DNA from: Eledone cirrhosa
Lineage: Eukaryota
Direction: 5' to 3'
Assembly (NCBI GenBank): GCA_964016885.1
Contig: OZ024743.1
Span: forward strand, 139,996,001 to 140,060,000
Length of the DNA stretch: 64,000 nt
Shown: piece by piece, positions 29,551 through 42,243 of the stretch
Layout of the letters: each line of letters begins with the position of its first letter
Position numbering within the stretch: position 1 is the first letter of the stretch
Made by a program: the position numbers and the translations under genes
The notes under the pieces: model-generated
Told to the model about the DNA's origin: nothing
Database searches by the model: none
Seen by the model: the letters and a program-made list of their open reading frames with translations, nothing else

Positions 29551-32500
29551 CAAACACCAAACAGCAAACACAAAACACCAAATAGCAAACACCAAACAGC
29601 AAACACCAAACACCAAACAGCAAACACCAAACACCAACCAGGAAACACCAACCAGGAAACACCAAACACCAAGCACCAAGCCCCAAGCACCAAACACCAA
29701 GCACCAAGCACCAAACACCAAGCACCATGCACCAAGCACCATGCACCAAACACCAAGCACCAAGCACCAAACAGCAAACACCAAACAGCAAACACCAAAC
29801 ACCAAACACCAAACACCAAACACCAAACAGCAAACACCAAACAGCAAACACCAAACAGCAAACACCAAACACCAAACACCAAACAGCAAACGCCAAACAG
29901 CAAATGCCAAACCCCAAACGCCAAACAGCAAACGCCAAGTGCCAAACACCAAACACCAAGCGCCAAGCACCAAACACCAAACACCAAGCACCAAGCACCA
30001 AACACCAAACACCAAATACCAAGTACCAAACACCAAACACCAAACACCAAACACCAAACAGCAAACGCCAAAATGCAAACGCCAAACTCCAAACGCCAAA
30101 CAGCAAATGCCAAGGACCAAACACCAAACACCAAGCGCCAAGCACCAAACACCGAACACCAAGCACCAAGAACCACACATCAAACACCGAGCACCAAACA
30201 CCAAACACCAGGCCCAAACACCAAGCACCAATCACCAAGCACCAAGCACCAAGCAACAAACACAAAGCACCAATCACCAAGCACCGAGCACCAAGCACCA
30301 AGCACCAAGCACCAAACACCGAGCACCAAACACTAAACACCAAGCACCAAGCACCAATCACCAAACACCAAGCACCAAGCACCAAACACCAAACAGCAAG
30401 CACCAAGCACCAAACACCAAACACCAAGTACCAAGCCCAAAGCACCAAACACCAAGCACCTAGCAGCAAGCACCAAACACCAAACACCAAGCACCAAGCA
30501 CCAAGCACCAAGCACCAAGCACCAAGCACCAAGCACCAAACACCAATCACCAAGCCCCAAGCACCAAACACCAAGCACCAAGCACCAAACACCAAACACC
30601 AAACACCAAGCACCCAGTACCAAGCACCAAGCACCAAACACCAAACACCAACCACCAAGCACCAAACACCAAACACCAAGCACCAAGCACCAAGCACCAA
30701 GCACCAAACACCAAACACCAAACACCAAACACCAAGGACCAATCACCAAACACCAAGCACCAAGCACCAAACACCAAACACCAAACACCTAGCACCAAGC
30801 ACCAAGCACCAAACACCAAGCACCAAACACCAAGCACCAAGCACCAAGCACCAAGCACCAAGCACCAAACACCAATCACCAAGCCCCAAGCACCAAACAC
30901 CAAGCACCCAGCACCATACACCAAACACCAAGCACCAAGCACCCAGAACAAAGCACCAAGCACCAAACACCAAACACCAAACACCAAACACCAAGCACCA
31001 AGCACCAGACACCAAGCACCAAGCACCAAGCACCAAGCACCAAAAACCAAGCACCAAGCTCCAAGCACCAAACACCAAGCACCAAACACCAAACACCAAG
31101 CACCAAGCACCAAACACCAAGCACCAAGCGCCAAACACCAAACTCCAAGCACTAAGCACCAAACACCAAGCACCAACCACCAAGCACCAAACACCAAGCA
31201 CCAGGCACCAAGCACCAAGCACCAAGCACCAAACACCAAGCACCAAGCACCAAACAGCAAACACCAAGCACCAAACACCAAACACCAAGCACCAAGCAAC
31301 AAACACCAAACACCAAGCACCAAACACCAATCACCAAGCCCCAAGCACCAAACACCAAGCACCAAGCACCAAACACCAAGCACCAAGCACCAAGCACCAT
31401 GCACCAAACACCAAGCACCAAGCACCAAACAGCAAACACCAAACAGCAAACACCAAACAGCAAACACCAAACAGCAAACACCAAACACCAAACACCAAAC
31501 AGCAAACGCCAAAAAGCAAACGCCAAACTCCAAACGCCAAACAGCAAATGCCAAACCCCAAACGCCAAACAGCAAACGCCAAGCACCAAACACCAAACAC
31601 CAAGCGCCAAGCACCAAACACCAAACACCAAGCACCAAGCACCAAACACCAAACACCAAGCACCAAGTACCAAACACCAAACACCAAGCACCAAACACCA
31701 AACAGCAAACGCAAAAAAGCAAATGCCAAACCCCATACGCCAAACAGCAAATGCCAAACCCCAAACGCCAAACAGCAAACGCCAAGCACCAAACACCAAA
31801 CACCAAGCGCCAAGCGCCAAACACCAAGCACCAAGCACCAAGCACCAAACGCCAAACACCAAGCACCAATCACCAAACACCAAACACCAAGCGCCAAACA
31901 CCAAACACCAAACACCTAGCACCAATCACCAATCACCAAACACCAAGCACCAAACACCAAGCACCAAGCACCAAGCACCAAGCACCAAGCACCAAACACC
32001 AATCACCAAGCCCCAAGCACCAAACACCAAGCACCCAGCACCAAACACCAAACACCAAGCACCAAGCACCCAGAACAAAGCACCAAGCACCACCAAACAC
32101 CAAGCACCAAGCACCAAGCACCAAGCACCAAACACCAATCACCAAGCCCCAAACACCAAACACCAAGCACCAAGCACCCAGAACCAAGCACCAAGCACCA
32201 AACACCAAACACCAAGCACCAAGCACCAAACACCAAACACCAAGCACCAAGCACCAAACACCAAGCACCAAACACCATACACCAAGCACCAAGGACCAAA
32301 CACCAAACACCAAACACCAAATAGCAAACACTAAACACCAAACACCAAACAGCAAACACAAAACACCAAATAGCAAACACCAAACAGCAAACACCAAACA
32401 CCAAACAGCAAACACCAAACACCAACCAGGAAACACCAACCAGGAAACACCAAACACCAAGCACCAAGCCCCAAGCACCAAACACCAAGCACCAAGCACC

Positions 32501-35500
32501 AAACACCAAGCACCATGCACCAAGCACCATGCACCAAACACCAAGCACCAAGCACCAAACAGCAAACACCAAACAGCAAACACCAAACACCAAACACCAA
32601 ACACCAAACACCAAACAGCAAACACCAAACAGCAAACACCAAACAGCAAACACCAAACACCAAACACCAAACAGCAAACGCCAAACAGCAAATGCCAAAC
32701 CCCAAACGCCAAACAGCAAACGCCAAGCGCCAAACACCAAACACCAAGCGCCAAGCACCAAACACCAAACACCAAGCACCAAGCACCAAACACCAAACAC
32801 CAAGCACCAAGTACCAAACACCAAACACCAAACACCAAACACCAAACAGCAAACGCCAAAAAGCAAACGCCAAACTCCAAACGCCAAACAGCAAATGCCA
32901 AGGACCAAACACCAAACACCAAGCGCCAAGCAACAAACACCGAACACCAAGCACCAAGTACCACACATCAAACACCGAGCACCAAACACCAAACACCAGG
33001 CCCAAACACCAAGCACCAATCACCAAGCACCAAGCACCAAGCAACAAACACAAAGCACCAATCACCAAGCACCGAGCACCAAGCACCAAGCACCAAGCAC
33101 CAAACACCAAGCACCAAACACTAAACACCAAGCACCAAGCACCAATCACCAAACACCAAGCACCAAGCACCAAACACCAAACAGCAAGCACCAAGCACCA
33201 AACACCAAACACCAAGTACCAAGCCCAAAGCACCAAGCACCAAGCACCTAGCAGCAAGCACCAAACACCAAACACCAAGCACCAAGCACCAAGCACCAAG
33301 CACCAAGCACCAAGCACCAAGCACCAAACACCAAACACCAAGCACCAAGCACCCAGAACCAAGCACCAAGCACCAAACACCAAACACCAACCACCAAGCA
33401 CCAAACACCAAACACCAAGCACCAAGCACCAAGCACCAAGCACCAAACACCAAACACCAAACACCAAACACCAAACACCAATCACCAAACACCAAGCACC
33501 AAGCACCAAACACCAAACACCAAACACCTAGCACCAAGCACCAAGCACCAAACACCAAGCACCAAACACCAAGCACCAAGCACCAAGCACCAAGCACCAA
33601 GCACCAAGCACCAAACACCAATCACCAAGCCCCAAGCACCAAACACCAAGCATCCAGCACCATACACCAAACACCAAGCACCAAGCACCCAGAACAAAGC
33701 ACCAAGCACCAAACACCAAACACCAAACACCAAACACCAAGCACCAAGCACCAGACACCAAGCACCAAGCACCAAGCACCAAGCACCAAAAACCAAGCAC
33801 CAAGCTCCAAGCACCAAACACCAAGCACCAAACACCAAACACCAAGCACCAAGCACCAAACACCAAGCACCAAGCGCCAAACACCAAACTCCAAGCACTA
33901 AGCACCAAACACCAAGCACCAACCACCAAGCACCAAACACCAAGCACCAGGCACCAAGCACCAAGCACCAAGCACCAAACACCAAGCACCAAGCACCAAA
34001 CAGCAAACACCAAGCACCAAACACCAAACACCAAGCACCAAGCAACAAACACCAAACACCAAGCACCAAACACCAATCACCAAGCCCCAAGCACCAAACA
34101 CCAAGCACCAAGCACCAAACACCAAGCACCAAGCACCAAGCACCATGCACCAAACACCAAGCACCAAGCACCAAACAGCAAACACCAAACAGCAAACACC
34201 AAACAGCAAACACCAAACAGCAAACACCAAACACCAAACACCAAACAGCAAACGCCAAAAAGCAAACGCCAAACTCCAAACGCCAAACAGCAAATGCCAA
34301 ACCCCAAACGCCAAACAGCAAACGCCAAGCACCAAACACCAAACACCAAGCGCCAAGCACCAAACACCAAACACCAAGCACCAAGCACCAAACACCAAAC
34401 ACCAAGCACCAAGTACCAAACACCAAACACCAAGCACCAAACACCAAACAGCAAACGCAAAAAAGCAAATGCCAAACCCCATACGCCAAACAGCAAATGC
34501 CAAACCCCAAACGCCAAACAGCAAACGCCAAGCACCAAACACCAAACACCAAGCGCCAGGCGCCAAACACCAAGCACCAAGCACCAAGCACCAAACGCCA
34601 AACACCAAGCACCAATCACCAAACACCAAACACCAAGCGCCAAACACCAAACACCAAACACCTAGCACCAATCACCAATCACCAAACACCAAGCACCAAA
34701 CACCAAGCACCAAGCACCAAGCACCAAGCACCAAGCACCAAACACCAATCACCAAGCCCCAAGCACCAAACACCAAGCACCCAGCACCAAACACCAAACA
34801 CCAAGCACCAAGCACCCAGAACAAAGCACCAAGCACCAAACACCAAGCACCAAGCACCAAGCACCAAGCACCAAACACCAATCACCAAGCCCCAAACACC
34901 AAACACCAAGCACCAAGCACCCAGAACCAAGCACCAAGCACCAAACACCAAACACCAAGCACCAAGCACCAAACACCAAACACCAAGCACCAAGCACCAA
35001 GCACCAAGCACCAAGCACCAAACACCATACACCAAGCACCAAGGACCAAACACCAAAAACCAATCACCAAGCACCAAAGAGCAAACACCAAGCCCCAAGC
35101 ACCTAACCAAACACCAAACACCAAATAGCAAACACTAAACACCAAACACCAAACAGCAAACACAAAACACCAAATAGCAAACACCAAACAGCAAACACCA
35201 AACACCAAACAGCAAACACAAAACACCAACCAGGAAACACCAACCAGGAAACACCAAACACCAAGCACCAAGCCCCAAGCACCAAACACCCAACACCAAG
35301 CACCAAACACCAAGCACCATGCACCAAGCACCATGCACCAAACACCAAGCACCAAGCACCAGACAGCAAACACCAAACAGCAAACACCAAACACCAAACA
35401 CCAACCAGCAAACACCAAACACCAAACACCAAACAGCAAACACCAAACAGCAAACACCAAACAGCAAACACCAAACACCAAACACCAAACAGCAAACGCC

Positions 35501-38500
35501 AAACAGCAAATGCCAAACCCCAAACGCCAAACAGCAAACGCCAAGCGCCAAACACCAAACACCAAGCGCCAAGCACCAAACACCAAACACCAAGCACCAA
35601 GCACCAAACACCAAACACCAAGCACCAAGTACCAAACACCAAACACCAAACACCAAACACCAAACAGCAAACGCCAAAAAGCAAACGCCAAACTCCAAAC
35701 GCCAAACAGCAAATGCCAAGGACCAAACACCAAATACCAAGCGCCAAGCAACAAACACCGAACACCAAGCACCAAGTACCACACATCAAACACCGAGCAC
35801 CAAACACCAAACACCAGGCCCAAACACCAAGCACCAATCACCAAGCACCAAGCACCAAGCAACAAACACAAAGCACCAATCACCAAGCACCGAGCACCAA
35901 GCACCAAGCACAAAGCACCAAACACCAAGCACCAAACACTAAACACCAAGCACCAAGCACCAATCACCAAACACCAAGCACCAAGCACCAAACACCAAAC
36001 AGCAAGCACCAAGCACCAAACACCAAACACCAAGTACCAAGCCCAAAGCACCAAACACCATGCACCTAGCAGCAAGCACCAAACACCAAACACCAAGCAC
36101 CAAGCACCAAGCACCAAGCACCAAGCACCAAGCACCAAGCACCAAACACCAATCACCAAGCCCCAAGCACCAAACACCAAGCACCAAGCACCAAACACCA
36201 AACACCAAGCACCAAGCACCCAGAACCAAGCACCAAGCACCAAACACCAAACACCAACCACCAAGCACCAAACACCAAACACCAAGCACCAAGCACCAAG
36301 CACCAAGCACCAAACACCAAACACCAAACACCAAACACCAAGGACCAATCACCAAACACCAAGCACCAAGCACCAAACACCAAACACCAAACACCTGGCA
36401 CCAAGCACCAAGCACCAAACACCAAGCACCAAACTCCAAGCACCAAGCACCAAGCACCAAGCACCAAGCACCAAGCACCAAACACCAATCACCAAGCCCC
36501 AAGCACCAAACACCAAGCACCCAGCACCATACACCAAACACCAAGCACCAAGCACCCAGAACAAAGCACCAAGCACCAAACACCAAACACCAAACACCAA
36601 ACACCAAGCACCAAGCACCAGACACCAAGCACCAAGCACCAAGCACCAAGCACCAAAAACCAAGCACCAAGCTCCAAGCACCAAACACCAAGCACCAAAC
36701 ACAAAACACCAAGCACCAAGCACCAAACACCAAGCACCAAGCGCCGAACACCAAACTCCAAGCACTAAGCACCAAACACCAAGCACCAACCACCAAGCAC
36801 CAAACACCAAGCACCAGGCACCAAGCACCAAGCACCAAGCACCAAACACCAAGCACCAAGCACCAAACAGCAAACACCAAGCACCAAACACCAAACACCA
36901 AGCACCAAGCAACAAACACCAAACACCAAGCACCAAACACCAATCACCAAGCCCCAAGCACCAAACACCAAGCACCAAGCACCAAAGACCAAGCACCAAG
37001 CACCAAGCACCATGCACCAAACACCAAGCACCAAGCACCAAACAGCAATCACCAAACAGCAAACACCAAACAGCAAACACCAAACAGCAAACACCAAACA
37101 CCAAACACCAAACAGCAAACGCCAAAAAGCAAACGCCAAACTCCAAACGCCAAACAGCAAATGCCAAACCCCAAACGCCAAACAGCAAACGCCAAGCACC
37201 AAACACCAAACACCAAGCACCAAGCACCAAACACCAAACACCAAGCACCAAGTACCAAACACCAAACACCAAGCACCAAACACCAAACAGCAAACGCAAA
37301 AAAGCAAATGCCAAACCCCATACGCCAAACAGCAAATGCCAAACCCCAAACGCCAAACAGCAAACGCCAAGCACCAAACACCAAACACCAAGCGCCAAGC
37401 GCCAAACACCAAGCACCAAGCACCAAGCACCAAACGCCAAACACCAAGCACCAATCACCAAACACCAAACACCAAGCGCCAAACACCAAACACCAAACAC
37501 CTAGCACCAATCACCAATCACCAAACACCAAGCACCAAGCACCAAGCACCAAGCACCAAGCACCAAACACCAATCACCAAGCCCCAAGCACCAAACACCA
37601 AGCACCCAGCACCAAACACCAAACACCAAGCACCAAGCACCCAGAACAAAGCACCAAGCACCAAACACCAAGCACCAAGCACCAAGCACCAAGCACCAAA
37701 CACCAATCACCAAGCCCCAAACACCAAACACCAAGCACCAAGCACCCAGAACCAAGCACCAAGCACCAAACACCAAACACCAAGCACCAAGCACCAAATA
37801 CCAAACACCAAGCACCAAGCACCAAGCACCAAGCACCAAACACCATACACCAAGCACCAAGGACCAAACACCAAAAACCAATCACCAAGCACCAAAGAGC
37901 AAACACCAAGCCCCAAGCACCAAACACCAAACACCAAACACCAAATAGCAAACACTAAACACCAAACACCAAACAGCAAACACAAAACACCAAATAGCAA
38001 ACACCAAACAGCAAACACCAAACACCAAACAGCAAACACCAAACACCAACCAGGAAACACCAACCAGGAAACACCAAACACCAAGCACCAAGCCCCAAGC
38101 ACCAAACACCAAGCACCAAGCACCAAACACCAAGCACCATGCACCAAGCACCATGCACCAAACACCAAGCACCAAGCACCAGACAGCAAACACCAAACAG
38201 CAAACACCAAACACCAAACACCAACCAGCAAACACCAAACACCAAACACCAAACAGCAAACACCAAACAGCAAACACCAAACAGCAAACACCAAACACCA
38301 AACACCAAACAGCAAACGCCAAACAGCAAATGCCAAACCCCAAACGCCAAACAGCAAACGCCAAGCGCCAAACACCAAACACCAAGCGCCAAGCACCAAA
38401 CACCAAACACCAAGCACCAAGCACCAAACACCAAACACCAAGCACCAAGTACCAAACACCAAACACCAAACACCAAACACCAAACAGCAAACGCCAAAAA

Positions 38501-39400
38501 GCAAACGCCAAACTCCAAACGCCAAACAGCAGACGCCAAGGACCAAACACCAAACACCAAGCGCCAAGCACCAAACACCAAACACCAAGCACCAAGTACC
38601 ACACATCAAACACCGAGCACCAAACACCAAACACCAGGCCCAAACACCAAGCACCAATCACCAAGCACCAAGCACCAAGCAACAAACACAAAGCACCAAT
38701 CACCAAGCACCGAGCACCAAGCACCAAGCACCAAGCACCAAACACCAAGCACCAAACACTAAACACCAAGCACCAAGCACCAATCACCAAACACCAAGCA
38801 CCAAGCACCAAACACCAAACAGCAAGCACCAAGCACCAAACACCAAACACCAAGTACCAAGCCCAAAGCACCAAACACCAAGCACCTAGCAGCAAGCACC
38901 AAACACCAAACACCAAGCACCAAGCACCAAGCACCAAGCACCAAGCACCAAGCACCAAGCACCAAACACCAATCACAAAGCCCCAAGCACCAAACACCAA
39001 GCACCAAGCACCAAACACCAAACACCAAGCACCAAGCACCCAGAACCAAGCACCAAGCACCAAACACCAAACACCAACCACCAAGCACCAAACACCAAAC
39101 ACCAAGCACCAAGCACCAAGCACCAAGCACCAAACACCAAACACCAAACACCAAACACCAAGGACCAATCACCAAACACCAAGCACCAAGCACCAAACAC
39201 CAAACACCAAACACCTAACACCAAGCACCAAGCACCAAGCACCAAACACCAAGCACCAAACACCAAGCACCAAGCACCAAGCACCAAGCACCAAGCACCA
39301 AACACCAATCACCAAGCCCCAAGCACCAAACACCAAGCACCCAGCACCATACACCAAACACCAAGCACCAAGCACCCAGAACAAAGCACCAAGCACCAAA
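28500..39400. repeat. ~2.8-kb higher-order repeat, about 4 tandem copies, within the heptamer array
   Basis: Marker GGCCCAAAC at 30211, 32999, 35817 and 38637 (spacings 2788, 2818, 2820), with co-linear companion markers (doubled ACCAGGAAAC, CCTAGCAGCAAG, doubled CACCATG). Confidence 0.9.
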
Positions 39401-40378
39401 CACCAAACACCAAGCTCCAAGCACCAAACACCAAACACGAAGCACCATGCACCAAGCACCAAGCACCAAACACCAAACACCAAGCACCAAGCACCAAACA
39501 CCAAACACCAAGCACCAATCACCATACACCAAGCACCAAGCGCCAAACACCAAACACCAAACACCAAACACCAAGCACAAAGCACCAAACACCAAACACC
39601 AAGCACCAAGCACCAGACACCAAGCACCAAGCACCAAGCACCAAGCACCAAAAACCAAGCACCAAGCTCCAAGGACCAAACACCAAGCACCAAACACCAA
39701 ACACAAAGCACCAAGCACCAAACACCAAACACCAAGCACCAAGCACCAAACACCAAACACCAAGCACCAATCACCAAACACCAAGCACCAAGCGCCAAAC
39801 ACCAAACACCAAACACCTAGCACCAAGCACCAAGCACCGAACACCAAGCACCAAACACCAAGCACCATGCACCCAGAACCAAGCACCAAGCACCAAACAC
39901 CAAACACCAAGCACCAAGCACCAAACACCAAACACCAAGCACCAAGCACCAAGCACCAAGCACCAAACACCATACACCAAGCACCAAGCACCAAACACCA
40001 AAATCCAATCACCAAGCACCAAAGAGCAAACACCAAGCCCCAAGCACCAAACACCAAACACCAAACACCAAACAACAAACACTAAACACCAAACACCAAA
40101 CAGCAAACACCAAACACCAAATAGCAAACACCAAACACCAACCAGGAAACACCAAACAGCAAACACCAAACAGCAAACGCCAAACAGCAAACACAAACAC
40201 CAAACACCAAACAGCAAGCACCAAGCACCAAGCACAAAACACCAAGCACCAAGCGCCAAGCACCAAACACCAAACACCAAACACCAAACAGCAAACACCA
40301 ATCACCAAACACCAGACACCAAACACCAAACAGCAAACACCAAACACCAAACAGCAAACACCAAACACCAAACACCAA

Positions 40379-40484
40379 ACAGCCAGATCTGCCTTTCTTT
40401 ACCCCTCCCAAGTCTCTTCCCTCTTCTCCCCCTACTGTCCTCTACAGCCTGATCTGCCTTTCTTTACCCCTCCCTAGTCTCTTC
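40379..40484. repeat. 65-bp pyrimidine-rich direct duplication, left-truncated copy (unit 1)
   Basis: Same sequence as 46481-46612 but lacking the first 26 bp, which are replaced by the heptamer array. Confidence 0.9.
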
Positions 40485-40594
40485 ATTATTCAGTTTTGTT
40501 TTTATCTTTCTAAAACATCCTAGTTTTAATGAAATTAAAAGGAAATAGCAATCGCTATAAGTGTGCAAGCCAGCATGTAACTTCATGTGTGTGT

Positions 40595-41242
40595 GTTTTT
40601 AATGGAGTTTTTAATTGAGTTTTAATGGAGTTTTAATTGAGTTTATAATGGAGATTTAAATGGAATTTTTAATTGAGTTTTAATGTAGTTTTAATGGTGT
40701 TTTATGCCGTTTTAATGGTATTTTAATGGGGTTTTTATTTGGTTTTTTATAAAGTTTTGGGTGCGCTTTTAATGGGGGTTTAATGGGTTTTCAGTGTAGT
40801 TTTTAATGACATTTTTAATGGTTTTCCAATGGAACCTTAGTGGTGTGTTAATGCAATTTTAATTGGTTTAATGGGCTTTTAATTGTGTTTTTAATGGTGT
40901 TTTAATTGGGTTTTTAATTGCGTTTTAATTGAGTTTTTATTTCGGTTTAAATTTGAGGTTTTAATGTCTTTTCGAGGGGGGGGTTTAATGGGTGTTTTAA
41001 TGGAGTTTTAATGGGGACTTTTAATGGAAACTTTAATTTTGTTTTAATTGGGTTTTTATGGGTTTCCAATGTGGTTTTTAATGGCGCTTTTATTGGCATT
41101 CTTAATGATGTTTTAATTGTGTTTTAATGGGGGGTTTGGTTGGGGTTTTAATGGAGTGTTTTATGAGCTTATAATGGGGTTTTTAATGGGTTTTTCAAAA
41201 TAGATTTTTAATTGAATTTTTAATGTGGTTTTTAATGGGATT

Positions 41243-41243
<1 letters not shown>
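40595..41243 (-). repeat. Degenerate 11-12-bp satellite, T-rich orientation (TTTTAATGG/TTTTAATTG); repeated in every unit
   Basis: Monomers such as GAGTTTTTAATG and GTGTTTTAATG are the reverse complement of the CCATTAAAA block. Confidence 0.92.
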
Positions 41244-41311
<68 letters not shown>

Positions 41312-41372
41312 GTGTGTGTGTATATATATATATAGTGTGTATGTATATATATATATATATATAGTGTGTGCG

Positions 41373-41402
<30 letters not shown>
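41244..41402. repeat. (TA)n / (TA)nGTGTGT compound microsatellite
   Basis: Long TA runs with three TATAGTGTGT interruptions; length differs among units. Confidence 0.95.
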
Positions 41403-41404
<2 letters not shown>

Positions 41405-41798
41405 ACACACATATTAGCATATACATATTTTCTTAGTAATTGAGGATGTTTTTTTTATACATACATATGCATATTGCATCCATACATACACACATACAAG
41501 CATATACATACACATACACACACATATATATACACACACTGTATATATATACATACACACACACACATATATATATATACACCACACACTATATATATAT
41601 ATAGTGTGTGTGTGTATATATATATGTGTGTGTGTGTGTATGTATATATATATATACAGTGTGTGTATATATGTGTGTGTGTATGTCTATGTATATGCTT
41701 GTATGTGTGTATGTATGTATGTATGCAATATGCATATGTATGTATAAAAACACATCCTCAATGACTAAGAAATTATGTATATGCTAATATTTGTGTTA
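41403..41798. repeat. 396-bp imperfect spacerless palindrome (unit 1)
   Basis: The left end TAACACACATATTAGCATATACATATTTTCTTAGTAATTGAGGATG pairs with the right end CATCCTCAATGACTAAGAAATTATGTATATGCTAATATTTGTGTTA. The centre is CAC(TA)7GTG at ~41596/41597. Confidence 0.95.
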
Positions 41799-41997
41799 GT
41801 GTCTATATAAATGTATGTATGTAGTATATGCAAGTGTTCGTGCAAATTGAAAATAGATTTAATAATTTTAATAATATCTAGAACAATGTGATCTAAAAAA
41901 AATATTTTTTAAGATACGAATATATCGTTGTCAGCTTAATATGGCACTAACGCAAAATATAAATCCCAGTTTATATATAGTGTGTAACATGAAAGTG

Positions 41998-41999
<2 letters not shown>

Positions 42000-42040
<41 letters not shown>

Positions 42041-42136
42041 ATATATATATATATATATATTTAATATATATATATATATATATATTTAATATATATATAT
42101 ATATATATATATTTAATATATATATATATATATATA

Positions 42137-42171
<35 letters not shown>

Positions 42172-42199
42172 ATATATATATATATATATATATATTTAA

Positions 42200-42243
<44 letters not shown>

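Larger units (their letters stand above)
1..40383. repeat. Heptamer satellite array (CACCAAG/CACCAAA)n; minus strand (CTTGGTG/TTTGGTG)n; open at the left window edge
   Basis: Continuous 7-bp periodicity in one orientation. Common variants are CAGCAAA, CGCCAAA/G, CACCAAT, CCCCAAA/G, TACCAAG, CACTAAA and TGCCAAA. The + strand is nearly devoid of T. The array ends at ...CACCAAACAGC|CAGATCT. Confidence 0.98.

Noticed and set aside
276-40411. Hundreds of long ORFs (TKHQAPS/TKHQTPN repeats on +, WCLVLGA/WCLVFGV repeats on -), up to 888 aa
   Set aside because: A 7-bp repeat yields the same 7-aa peptide in all three frames. The near absence of T on + and of A on - removes stop codons. The ORFs overlap in all six frames with no unique domain or frame preference.
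40470-40590. CTAG motifs and small hairpins (TAAAAC-N6-GTTTTA, ATAGC-N4-GCTAT) suggesting a Helitron end
   Set aside because: There is no GC-rich hairpin ~10-12 nt upstream of a terminal CTRR and no identifiable 5' TC end. The stems are short enough to arise by chance.
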